Positions 38,345-47,110 of a DNA stretch of 64,000 bases are shown in pieces (positions within the stretch are counted from its first letter, which is position 1; each line of letters opens with the position of its first letter). The stretch comes from an uncultured Treponema sp. (GTDB taxonomy: Bacteria; Spirochaetota; Spirochaetia; Treponematales; Treponemataceae). Under the pieces are notes generated by a model. The model was given only the letters and a program-made list of their open reading frames with translations. It searched no databases and was not told where the DNA came from. Position numbers and translations under genes: made by a program. The stretch is taken from assembly GCF_946531015.1 (NCBI RefSeq), contig NZ_CAMNAL010000001.1; one strand, 5' to 3'.

Positions 38345-39033
38345 AAATTTTCTCCAAGTAAAAAAGCTCCGTCATCGTGGCCGGAATATACCCTGCTCTC
38401 TTCATCGCAATACTCAAAGACCTTCAAAAGACTCTGATGGATTTGAGCTTCGTTTCCGCCGATTAAGTCGGTTCTGCCCCAGGAATGATAAAAAATCGTA
38501 TCCCCGGAAAGTAAAGTACGCTCCCTTTCATTGTAAAGGCAGCAGGATCCCTGAGTGTGCCCCGGCGTATGAAGAACTTCCCATTCAGAAAGGGCAGCAA
38601 TAAGGTCGCCCGACAAATTGCATGACTCAAATATTTGAGCCAGCGTTTTTTTGTCTTTCAGGAAAAAATCTGCCTTGGGAAGAGAGCTTACAAAAGGAAG
38701 GAATTCGTCAAAGCCCATTTGAGAAAGGGCCTTTCCCTGCAACAGGGAAGAATCAGGGCCAATCATAGCTGAATCGTTTTCGTGAATGATAATTGGAAGA
38801 GAAGGAAAAGCCTTTTTTAGCGAAGGCAAGCCTGAAACATGGTCAAAATGGCCGTGGGTCAAAATTACGGCCACAGGCTCCATTTTTTTTGAAGCAAGAA
38901 AAGAAAAAACGGAACCTTCATCCCCTGAAAAAGGACAGTCGGCAGGGTCAAGAACAAATACCTTGTTCCCGCAAAGAGGAACGATATAAGTGTTGACCGA
39001 AAGCGGCCCAGTGTGCAAAAGGTGAAGGTTCAT
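38341..39033 (-). CDS. MBL-fold hydrolase (glyoxalase II-like)
   Basis: THGHFDH, HTPGHT.GS, SGDT, GRTD, GH. Confidence 0.92.
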   Translation of the reverse strand: MNLHLLHTGPLSVNTYIVPLCGNKVFVLDPADCPFSGDEGSVFSFLASKKMEPVAVILTHGHFDHVSGLPSLKKAFPSLPIIIHENDSAMIGPDSSLLQGKALSQMGFDEFLPFVSSLPKADFFLKDKKTLAQIFESCNLSGDLIAALSEWEVLHTPGHTQGSCCLYNERERTLLSGDTIFYHSWGRTDLIGGNEAQIHQSLLKVFEYCDEESRVYSGHDDGAFLLGENF

Positions 39034-39097
39034 TCATTCTCCGTAAAAATCCGGGAGCAAAAAGCCTGCAAAAAGCAGCCTGTCCCGGACAATTTAA

Positions 39098-39937
39098 TTA
39101 CAAATCTTCTGATGATGAAGAGCGTGGAGCACGTGCTGCGAGAATCTCCTCGTCTGTCATCTCAGCCTGAGCCTTTGCAAAGGCAGCCTGCTCAGCCAAA
39201 GTGTCGTTGTTGCTAGAAGTGTAGCTGTCAACGATTGGAGCAGATTCATTTGATACATTTGGAACCGGCTCGTTGTTCTCGTAGTTTTCTGCTGTCTCTT
39301 CTTCTGAATCAGCATAGTCGCCTTCATCACGCTGTTTTGAGTAGCTTACGCTCAAAGCTCGTCCTCGGTAAACATGGCCGTTCAAGGCTGAAATTGCCTT
39401 TTCTGCGTCTTCTTTGAAAAGCTGGACGAATGAGTAGTTAGCGAGAACACGGATGTCACCGATTCGCTCTTTTTCGATTCCGGCAACACTGATAAAGAGG
39501 CCAACAAGGTCGCGAGGGAAAACACGGCGGTTGCGGCCGATGCTTACGAATACAACCTCTGCATTTTCTGCAGGAATCTGAACTCGTGTGAATCGCTCTC
39601 TTGGCTCAGCAGGAGCTGAAGATGAAGAATCCTCTGAAGCAGATTCGTTTCTTTCGTAGCGGTTAAATCGTTCCTCACGGTTAGAATGGAAATCTTCGCG
39701 GTCATTGAATTTGTTGAAACGGAAGATAGCTCCGCCTGCATTGCGCAAAAGATAGGCGGCTACATAAGAACGCATAGTAAGAGGAACATTCTTTTTGAAG
39801 ACCTTTTTAAGTGCCTCAAGCTCATCAGGATTAGCTTTTACTTTTGTAACAAGGTCTTTGAGATAGTTTGCTGCCTGATCAAGGTCAATTTCTCTGTTCT
39901 GTCTGAAATTTCTTCTGAAATTGCGTCTGAATGCCAT
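39098..39937 (-). CDS. Stand-alone DbpA RNA-binding-domain protein
   Basis: FVSIGR..RVFPRDLVG...IGDIRVLANYSFV...LNG..YRGR; no helicase core. Confidence 0.8.
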   Translation of the reverse strand: MAFRRNFRRNFRQNREIDLDQAANYLKDLVTKVKANPDELEALKKVFKKNVPLTMRSYVAAYLLRNAGGAIFRFNKFNDREDFHSNREERFNRYERNESASEDSSSSAPAEPRERFTRVQIPAENAEVVFVSIGRNRRVFPRDLVGLFISVAGIEKERIGDIRVLANYSFVQLFKEDAEKAISALNGHVYRGRALSVSYSKQRDEGDYADSEEETAENYENNEPVPNVSNESAPIVDSYTSSNNDTLAEQAAFAKAQAEMTDEEILAARAPRSSSSEDL

Positions 39938-39968
39938 AATAAAATCTCCTTTTAAAACTGGCGTAATT

Positions 39969-40904
39969 TTAAATGTCTGCCTTTTCTAGCACATAAAATG
40001 AGCCTTTTTTTTCAAAACCACAACGGGCAATTAAAGGCTCTAAAAAATCTGGGAGCGCTGAATCAGCAATAATAATGCTCTGAATTCCTGAACTTTTTAA
40101 GTAGGAAATACCGCGTGAAAAAAGCTCTCTGGCAATTCCTAGGCCCCGGAAATTCTGATTGACAAAAATTGCCGTGAGAGCCACGACTTTTTTTGCAAAG
40201 GACGAGCAATCTGAAAACAAAAGAAGGCCTGCGAAATCTTCTGCCGTAGTGCGGGCGACAATTCCCAAAAAAGGAAGCTGCTTAGAATCACCAGACTCTA
40301 ATTCAAAACGTCGAAGCCAAAAATGGGCAATCGCCTTGGCTGCCTCGCCTGTAAAATCTTCTTTTATTTCTTCTGCTATTCTTTTTGCTTCCGCAAGGAT
40401 ACAATCATAGTCCTTCGTCTGATTGTATGGGATAAATTCAAAATCCTGCTGAATAAGGTCATCATAATCATCAAAATCCTGATTCAGCTTTTCTAGTCCC
40501 CAAGACTCACGGAGCGAATTGTACCAGTCCAAAACAACAGCCCGCATTTTCTTTTCTTTGAAAGTGTGAAACTGTTTTTCGATATGCGGGTACTTATTCA
40601 AAAGGTTTTTATAATTCCTGAACACCCCCCTGCCATTTGAAAGAACCTGCTCAAGTTCAGAGCGGACTTTGGGAATCCGCACGCTTTCAGCAAAGTCTTC
40701 CATAATCTCAAAGCCGTCATTTGAAGTCCACAACGGCAAAGAATACAAAGAATCGTTTTCGTCCAGCTCTTCAATTTCTGACTGAAGCATTGAATCAAGG
40801 GAAATCACACAGCCTTGGCTTGCATCTAGGGCAAATTCTCCATCTTGATCTTCCATGGAGAAAATTATGTCTTCGATAAGTGATTTCGTTAATTCAAATG
40901 TCAT
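39969..40904 (-). CDS. UPF0158-like domain fused to a GNAT domain
   Basis: GFEIMEDF...L...L.GRGVFRNYK N-terminal domain; FVNQNFRGLGIA acetyl-CoA motif. Confidence 0.7.
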   Translation of the reverse strand: MTFELTKSLIEDIIFSMEDQDGEFALDASQGCVISLDSMLQSEIEELDENDSLYSLPLWTSNDGFEIMEDFAESVRIPKVRSELEQVLSNGRGVFRNYKNLLNKYPHIEKQFHTFKEKKMRAVVLDWYNSLRESWGLEKLNQDFDDYDDLIQQDFEFIPYNQTKDYDCILAEAKRIAEEIKEDFTGEAAKAIAHFWLRRFELESGDSKQLPFLGIVARTTAEDFAGLLLFSDCSSFAKKVVALTAIFVNQNFRGLGIARELFSRGISYLKSSGIQSIIIADSALPDFLEPLIARCGFEKKGSFYVLEKADI

Positions 40905-40925
40905 ATTTTTGACTCTAAAACGAAT

Positions 40926-41525
40926 TTATGCCGACAAATCAGACCTTTTTGAAAGAATCTTGCTTACAAGGCCGTATTCAAGGGCCTCTTCGGCAGTAAG
41001 CCAGTGGTCACGGTCACAGTCTTTTTCGACCTGAGCCTCGCTCTTGCCAGTCTCTTCGGCGATGAGCTTAATGAGCTTCTTTTTTGATTTTGCGATTTCC
41101 TCGGCCTGAATCTCCAAATCGGTAGCGACACCACGGGCAACGCCGCCAATCAATGGCTGGTGAATGAGGTAGTGGCTGTTGGGAAGGGCAAAACGACGCT
41201 CTTTTGGCACTGCAAGCAGGATGATTGAGCCCATGCTGGCGATAAGGCCTGTGCCGATTGTGTAAACAGGAGCGTTGATAAAGCGAATCATGTCGTAAAT
41301 GCCGAAACCTGAATCGATTGAGCCTCCGGGTGAATCGATGTAAATGTAAATCGGCTTGTCGCTGTCTGCTTCGAGCAAAAGAAGCTGCTTGATAACTTTT
41401 GCAGTATTTTCTTCGTTAATCTCACCGCTCAAAATAATCTGGCGGGTTTTCAAAAATTTCTCTGAGAGTGAATCTTCCTTCTGCTCAGACTTTTTTTCTT
41501 CATCGTTGTCGTTAAAAATTCTCAT
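40926..41525 (-). CDS. clpP: ATP-dependent Clp protease proteolytic subunit
   Basis: YIDSPGG, ASMG, IHQP, DRDHWL.AEEALEYG. Confidence 0.95.
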   Translation of the reverse strand: MRIFNDNDEEKKSEQKEDSLSEKFLKTRQIILSGEINEENTAKVIKQLLLLEADSDKPIYIYIDSPGGSIDSGFGIYDMIRFINAPVYTIGTGLIASMGSIILLAVPKERRFALPNSHYLIHQPLIGGVARGVATDLEIQAEEIAKSKKKLIKLIAEETGKSEAQVEKDCDRDHWLTAEEALEYGLVSKILSKRSDLSA

Positions 41526-41590
41526 ATTATAAATATACCTAAATCAAATCAAAAAGTAAATTGCCGTTTACCCACATTCTGCGGGAGCGC

Positions 41591-42457
41591 TTACCAGATT
41601 TTTTTTGCGGCCGCCCAAAATTCCATCATGTCCCGGTGATGAGCATGGTCAAAGGGAATGCCCTGTTCCTTCATTTTTTCTTCGATATAGTGGAAGCGGG
41701 ACTCAAATTTGTTCATGGTTTTGCGGAGGGCGACAGACGGGTCTATACCCAGCCAGCGGCCGTAATTTATAAGGCAGTGAAGGGAATCGCCGAATTCTTC
41801 CTCCAGGTGAAGCTGAGCCTTCTTTTGCTCCTCGGTCATATTCGTGACAGAAAGGGGGTGTTTGCCGTCGTAATCGTTAAGACGCTCCACATCAATGAAA
41901 GCGTCCTGCATTTCGGCAAGTTCCTCGCAAAACTTCATTTTGACTTCTGAAAGAGAGCCCCAGTCAAAACCTGCCTTTGACGCTTTTTTTAGCTCCTTAT
42001 AGGCTTTTAGTATTGGCGGGAAATTCTCGGGAACTGAATCGATGATGGATTCAGACTTGCGGCCTTCCACATTTTCTTTGATACGCTCCCACTGGCTGGT
42101 AACTTTTTCGGGATTATCAGATACATCTTCCGTGGCCTGAGACTTGCCCTCACTCTGGGCAAAAACATGGGGATGCCGTCGAACGAGCTTGTCCGCAATG
42201 GCATTTATCGTCTCTTCGACGGTAAAGAGACCTTTTTCTTCAAAAAGATAGGCGATTAAAATGACATTGAGAAGCACATCGCCAAGTTCTTCTTTGACAT
42301 GAGCGGGATCTTCCTGAGAAATTGCATCGATAGCCTCGCAAGTTTCTTCAAAAAAAGTGCTGCGGAGAGAAAGAGGCGTCTGTTCCTTGTCCCAGGGGCA
42401 GCCCTTGCGAATAGCCTTGACTATTTCAAAAAAATGTGCAAATGCGTTTTCTTTCAT
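41591..42457 (-). CDS. mazG: Nucleoside triphosphate pyrophosphohydrolase
   Basis: GCPWDKEQT, EELGDVL, RRHPHVF, GFDW, EEEFGD. Confidence 0.93.
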   Translation of the reverse strand: MKENAFAHFFEIVKAIRKGCPWDKEQTPLSLRSTFFEETCEAIDAISQEDPAHVKEELGDVLLNVILIAYLFEEKGLFTVEETINAIADKLVRRHPHVFAQSEGKSQATEDVSDNPEKVTSQWERIKENVEGRKSESIIDSVPENFPPILKAYKELKKASKAGFDWGSLSEVKMKFCEELAEMQDAFIDVERLNDYDGKHPLSVTNMTEEQKKAQLHLEEEFGDSLHCLINYGRWLGIDPSVALRKTMNKFESRFHYIEEKMKEQGIPFDHAHHRDMMEFWAAAKKIW

Positions 42458-42484
42458 ATTTAATAGTTGATTATACCACAAATA

Positions 42485-43144
42485 TTATATATTTTCCACG
42501 ATTTTCTTTTTGCTCCAGCCCTGAAGGATTCTGTTTGGGTCTGTGGAAAGCAAAAGCTTGCAGAACATTTCGTTTGTAGGGGCAAATTCCTGAGCAAGGA
42601 TTATTCGCTCGTCTGCGGTAAAGTTTGAAAGCACATAATCGGCGATATTGACATTCGCAGGCTTGGAAATTCCAAAACGAAGCCGCCAGAAATCTGCCGT
42701 GCCAAGGACTGCCTTGGTTGAGCGAAGCCCATTGTGACCGCCAAGCCCACCGCTCCATTTGAGGCTGACCGTTCCAATCGGAAGCTCCAGTTCATCATGG
42801 ACAACGAGAATTTCATCATTGTTGATTTTAAAAAAACGAGCCAGCTCGCCGATTGATTCCCCGCTCAAATTCATGTAGGTAAGGGGCTTTAAAAAGTAGA
42901 TTTTATCGGGAGCTTCTTCGGGGACTCTTGGTGAGCCACCGTCTTTTGTTGTGTAAACGCCAGTCTCCCCCATCCATTCGGCTAAGGTGCGTGTCTCGAC
43001 CACAGCATAATCGCCCTTGAATTTGTTCTGAAAGTAAAATTTATTGTAAAAAGGAAGCTGACCTGCAAACTGCCAGGCGACATTGTGCCTTGAATTTTTA
43101 TACTCCTCGCCGTAGTTTCCTAAAAATGCTATAAGTTTAATCAT
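42485..43144 (-). CDS. pth: Peptidyl-tRNA hydrolase
   Basis: LGN.G..Y..SRHN, KPLTYMNLSG, HDELEL, GGHNGL. Start moved to MIKL. Confidence 0.95.
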   Translation of the reverse strand: MIKLIAFLGNYGEEYKNSRHNVAWQFAGQLPFYNKFYFQNKFKGDYAVVETRTLAEWMGETGVYTTKDGGSPRVPEEAPDKIYFLKPLTYMNLSGESIGELARFFKINNDEILVVHDELELPIGTVSLKWSGGLGGHNGLRSTKAVLGTADFWRLRFGISKPANVNIADYVLSNFTADERIILAQEFAPTNEMFCKLLLSTDPNRILQGWSKKKIVENI

Positions 43145-43202
43145 GGGGACATTATAAGACTGTAAGAAGAGTTTTACAATAAGCCACAAGATTAAAAAGT
43201 GA

Positions 43203-43253
43203 GTCAAAATGATGCAAAAGTGAATCACAAAAATGGTCATGTATCATTTTGAC
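43203..43253. promoter_or_regulatory. Candidate enhancer (UAS) inverted repeat
   Basis: GTCAAAATGATGCA (43203-43216) and TGTATCATTTTGAC (43240-43253), 13/14 complementary. Confidence 0.45.
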
Positions 43254-43263
43254 ACAGAAAAGC

Positions 43264-43418
43264 TAGAGCGTTAGGGATAGTAAGGGCGGCGAAAGCCGTT
43301 CCGTAGCGAAGCGAAGAGCGAAGCGACGAGCGAAGCGAAGGAATGAAGCGTCAGCGGAACCCTGGATAGCCCGGCCGCTGCGTACGAAACGAAGTGAAGT
43401 AGCGGCGGCAACGCCCTA
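43264..43418. repeat. GC-rich structured repeat (family C) with GCGAAGC mini-hairpins
   Basis: TAGAGCGTT...AACGCCCTA ends; GCGAAGC x3 at a 12-nt period; internal hairpins. Confidence 0.65.
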
Positions 43419-43461
43419 AAAGTCTCTTTTTTTCACTTTTTACATTAAATTTTCAAATTCT

Positions 43462-43477
43462 TGGCACGAAAATTGCT
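43462..43477 (+). promoter_or_regulatory. Sigma54 (-24/-12) promoter
   Basis: TGGCACG-AAAA-TTGCT, perfect consensus and spacing, about 41 nt before ATG 43519. Confidence 0.85.
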
Positions 43478-43518
43478 ATATTTATCTCGTAAACAGTCAA
43501 TTTTTACAGGAGACGGCG

Positions 43519-44355
43519 ATGAAATACAATGACGAAACAATGGACGCTTACTTGAAAGATTTGAACAGAATCCCACTTTTGACTGGGGAAGAAGAAAAAG
43601 AACTGGCTATAAAGGCCGCCGCTGGCTCTAAGGCTGCAAAAAACAAGCTCGTAAACGCAAATCTCCGCTTTGTTGTTGCCATTGCAAAGACCTACCAGAA
43701 CCGTGGCTTTGAACTGATGGACTTAATCAGCGAGGGAAACATCGGTCTCATGGCGGCAGTTGACCACTTTGATGTGTCAAAAGGATACAAATTCATTTCT
43801 TATGCAGTCTGGTGGATCCGTCAGAGCATTCAGAAGGCCCTGAGTGACCGAAGCCGTGCAATCCGACTTCCTTCAAACAAAGTCAATGAGCTTTACCAGA
43901 TTGAAAAAGCCCGCAGCCTCGTGGAAGGCGATAAGGCAGAAGAAGAGCAGACTCGGGAAATTGCCAAGATTTTGGGCATGAAGACAAGCTATGTTCGTGA
44001 CTTGCTCAACTTCAACCGGGATATGATTAGCCTGGATGCTCCGATTGATGCAGAAAACGGCGGTGCCGTATTCGGCGACACCTTCCGTGACGAAATCAAC
44101 CCGACACCAGAGCAGGAAGCCCTTACCAGCGCCCTCAAGCAGGATGTGGACGGAGCACTTAAAACTCTCAAGCCAAAGGCAGAGCGTGTCCTTCGTATGC
44201 GTTACGGTCTCAGCGGCTACAAGCCAATGTCCCTCAAGGAAATCGGCGATGAGTGTGGTCTTACAAAAGAAAGAATCCGCCAGATTGAAAAAAGCGCAGT
44301 TCAGACATTACAGTCACCTTCAAGACGAAGACGACTTGAAGCTTATGTTGCGTAA
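43519..44355 (+). CDS. Sigma70-family factor, RpoS/group 2-like (no region 1.1)
   Basis: Region 1.2 (AYLKDL.RIPLL), NLRFVVAIAK, DLISEGNIGL, YAVWWIRQ, LTKERIRQIE. Confidence 0.92.
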   Translation: MKYNDETMDAYLKDLNRIPLLTGEEEKELAIKAAAGSKAAKNKLVNANLRFVVAIAKTYQNRGFELMDLISEGNIGLMAAVDHFDVSKGYKFISYAVWWIRQSIQKALSDRSRAIRLPSNKVNELYQIEKARSLVEGDKAEEEQTREIAKILGMKTSYVRDLLNFNRDMISLDAPIDAENGGAVFGDTFRDEINPTPEQEALTSALKQDVDGALKTLKPKAERVLRMRYGLSGYKPMSLKEIGDECGLTKERIRQIEKSAVQTLQSPSRRRRLEAYVA

Positions 44356-44356
44356 A

Positions 44357-46735
44357 TCACAAGGTTTTTGAATCGTTTTCCTGCCTTATCATAGAGAAAG
44401 CTTCTTTTCTTGCTTCCAGCATGATTTTTTCGTCCCGGGCCAGATTTGCTATTTTAAAGGCTAGTTCGCCGCTTTGGGCAGTGCCTGTGATTTCTCCGGG
44501 GCCACGAAGGCGAAGGTCTTCTTCGGCGATTTTAAAGCCGTCTGTAGTTTCATGCAGGGCTTTCATTCGCTCTATTCCATTTTCCGTTATGTTGGCTCGG
44601 TAAATCAAAAAGCAATATGACTGGGAGTTTCCTCGGCCTACCCGCCCCCTCAGCTGATGCAGGGCTGCAAGACCAAAGCGGTCGGCCTGCTCGATTACCA
44701 TGCAGGTAGCATTTGGCACATCGACGCCGACTTCAACGACCGTCGTTGCCACAAGAACCTGTATTTTATTGTCACGAAAATCTTCCAGGATTCGGTTTTG
44801 CTCTTCCTCATCCACCTTTGAATGAATTAGCGCGCACTTGAAATTTGGGTAAACCTCTTTCTGCAAAAATTCGAAGCTTTCTTCGGCTGACTTTAGGGGA
44901 GACTTTTGCCTTCCGAAATTGTCGCTGCCAAATTCACCCTGCCCAAAATCCATGTTGCTTTCTATGGCCGGATAAACGAAATAGGCCTGGTGCCCGGCAT
45001 TTAATTCACGTCTGACGGCTTCGTAGGCATTGCGCTCGTTTCCAGCCCTGGAAAGATGGGTAATCACGGGTTTTCGCCCCTGAGGCATGGTGCGGATAGT
45101 GCGCACATCAAGGTCTCCGAAAACCGTGAGGGCAAGAGTCTGGGGGATTGGAGTAGCGCTCATCATAAGAAGATTTGGCTCACGGAAAGGAGGCTGGGCA
45201 AATTTGTCCGTGGCAAGAACAGAAGTGCGGCCTTTATCCAGGATTGCAGAGCGCTGCATTACGCCAAATCGGTGCTGCTCGTCAATTATGGCCAGAGCCA
45301 GGTCGTGATACTGCACATTTTTTGAAAAAAGGGCATGAGTACCTATTACAAGATTGATGTCGCCGTTTTTGAGGGCCGAAAGAAGATTGTCCCTGCCCTT
45401 AGTCTTAATATTTCCGGTAAGGTAGGCCACGCTCACATTCAGGGCTTCCAGCTGTCTTGCGGCATTTTCAGCGTGCTGTCTGGCTAAAAGCTCAGTCGGT
45501 GCCATTAAGGCAACCTGTCCACCATAGTCGATTACCCGAAGAGAGGCAAAAAATGAAACCAGGGTTTTTCCAGAGCCGACATCCCCCTGAAGAAGGGTAC
45601 GCATGGAAAATCGTGGAAAGGGGAAAGCCTTCCCCTTCGCGCCCACTTCGTTGGTCGCTACCCCATCGCCTAAGGGGTAGGGAGCGGCGGCGGCAGCCGA
45701 CAAAACCTGTGAGACAGGTTTTGAGCGAGTCTCGGTGAAGGCTATGCCTGAACCGTGCCCCTTAAAATCCCCGCCGGCAAAGTTCAGGTTGTCTGAGCCT
45801 TCCCAGCCAAAGCCGTAGTTACGGTCAATGTCTTCGTTCATAAGGGCTATTACTGTCATTTGGTCGGCAGTGAGCTTATATGGCAGGCGGGCAAGAAGAT
45901 TTTTCTGTCTTGTGGAGAGATTTGCGGCAAATTCTTCCTCGCTGACTTGCTTTTGCTCGTTTTGTGAAGAATCAAGCTCTATTTTGGGTAACTTTCCCCT
46001 GTGTGCCAGAGCACGCTCAGCCAGCGTTTTCTGAAAGAAAAACAATTCCTCAAAAACAAGGCTGTTTCTTCCGCCTATAGCCTCGCTCAGACTTTTAGGA
46101 AAGTGAATTGCACGGAGAGCTTCTTTTTTGGAAAGCAAATGTCTCCGCTCGATAAGCTCAGGAGGCAGGTCATTTTCCATTCCCAGAGAAAACTGTTTAA
46201 AAGCCGCCTTGATTGCCTTGCTAAGAATCTTGTTCGTAAGGCCTTCCGTGAGGGGATAAATCGGGAAAACCTGGCTGTTTGGCACTTCAAGCCCCGAAAA
46301 AGCCGCAAGCTCGCCCCCATCAGCAATTTTTTCAATTTCAAATGAAGTTGACTGGTATTTTCCGTATTTTAAGTCACATTTTGCCGTAAGGGCCGCAATT
46401 TGTCCGACCGGGTGAGTTTTTTCCATAAACGGTCTGTTGAAGGCCACAAGCTCCACCATTCCGCTGCCGTCAGTGCAAATCAGTTTGAGCGTCTTCATTC
46501 GTCCGTAACCGAACCATTCATGGCCGACAACCTGAACAATCGTGTGAACCTTGCCCGTCTGATTCTGAATGGACTGGGCTATTGTGGACTTTTGAGTGCG
46601 GTCTTCGTAATCACGGGGGTAAAACTGAAGCAAATCGGAAATAGTGAATATGTTAAGGCGGGCAAAAAGCGCCTGTTTACTGGGGCCAATTCCCGGGAGA
46701 GTCGAAATGGAATTGTTTAATTCGGATAAATGCAT
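44357..46735 (-). CDS. recG: ATP-dependent DNA helicase RecG with an in-frame insertion of about 70 aa
   Basis: QGDVGSGKT, DEQH, SATPIP, HQLRGRVGRG, DLRLRGPG. Start moved to MHLSEL (AAGGAG RBS). Confidence 0.96.
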   Translation of the reverse strand: MHLSELNNSISTLPGIGPSKQALFARLNIFTISDLLQFYPRDYEDRTQKSTIAQSIQNQTGKVHTIVQVVGHEWFGYGRMKTLKLICTDGSGMVELVAFNRPFMEKTHPVGQIAALTAKCDLKYGKYQSTSFEIEKIADGGELAAFSGLEVPNSQVFPIYPLTEGLTNKILSKAIKAAFKQFSLGMENDLPPELIERRHLLSKKEALRAIHFPKSLSEAIGGRNSLVFEELFFFQKTLAERALAHRGKLPKIELDSSQNEQKQVSEEEFAANLSTRQKNLLARLPYKLTADQMTVIALMNEDIDRNYGFGWEGSDNLNFAGGDFKGHGSGIAFTETRSKPVSQVLSAAAAAPYPLGDGVATNEVGAKGKAFPFPRFSMRTLLQGDVGSGKTLVSFFASLRVIDYGGQVALMAPTELLARQHAENAARQLEALNVSVAYLTGNIKTKGRDNLLSALKNGDINLVIGTHALFSKNVQYHDLALAIIDEQHRFGVMQRSAILDKGRTSVLATDKFAQPPFREPNLLMMSATPIPQTLALTVFGDLDVRTIRTMPQGRKPVITHLSRAGNERNAYEAVRRELNAGHQAYFVYPAIESNMDFGQGEFGSDNFGRQKSPLKSAEESFEFLQKEVYPNFKCALIHSKVDEEEQNRILEDFRDNKIQVLVATTVVEVGVDVPNATCMVIEQADRFGLAALHQLRGRVGRGNSQSYCFLIYRANITENGIERMKALHETTDGFKIAEEDLRLRGPGEITGTAQSGELAFKIANLARDEKIMLEARKEAFSMIRQENDSKTL
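45620..45757 (-). repeat. Family B palindromic repeat translated inside recG
   Basis: Homologous to intergenic 7461-7542; its GGGGAAAGCCTTCCCC hairpin resembles 25316-25330. Confidence 0.8.
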
Positions 46736-46801
46736 ATAACTCTCCTTATTTATTTTATCCACAGATTTGACACAGATTATACGTATTAAAGGGAATTTCG
46801 C

Positions 46802-47110
46802 AAAATTCTCTCTTTGCTTAATCCCTGCATCTTTGCAGGGCATCTCCTATTCTAAAAAGGAATCATGCGAACAAAAAATCCATCCCTGGATTTTTTGATT
46901 CGTACGAGAATTTTCTTTCAGAAAATTCTCTCTTTGCTTAATCCCTGCATCCTTGCAGGGCATCTCTTTATTCTAAAAAGGAATCATGCGAACAAAAAAT
47001 CCATCCCTGGATTTTTTGATTCGTACGAGAATTTTCTTTCAGAAAATTCTCTCTTTGCTTAATCCCTGCATCCTTGCAGGGCATCTCTTTATTCTAAAAA
47101 GGAATCATGC
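46802..47110 (-). repeat. Tandem array of about 2.6 x 120-121-bp family A units, each carrying the last 17 nt of yggT
   Basis: Units at 46802-46921, 46922-47042 and 47043-47110, nearly identical. Confidence 0.92.

Noticed and set aside
46755-46763. Perfect DnaA box TTATCCACA upstream of recG (another at 58982)
   Set aside because: These are isolated single boxes with no cluster, DUE or dnaA, so there is no support for an origin. A regulatory role cannot be shown from sequence alone.
46802-47110. Possible CRISPR array
   Set aside because: The units are 120-121 bp and essentially identical throughout, with no unique spacers and no cas genes in the window.
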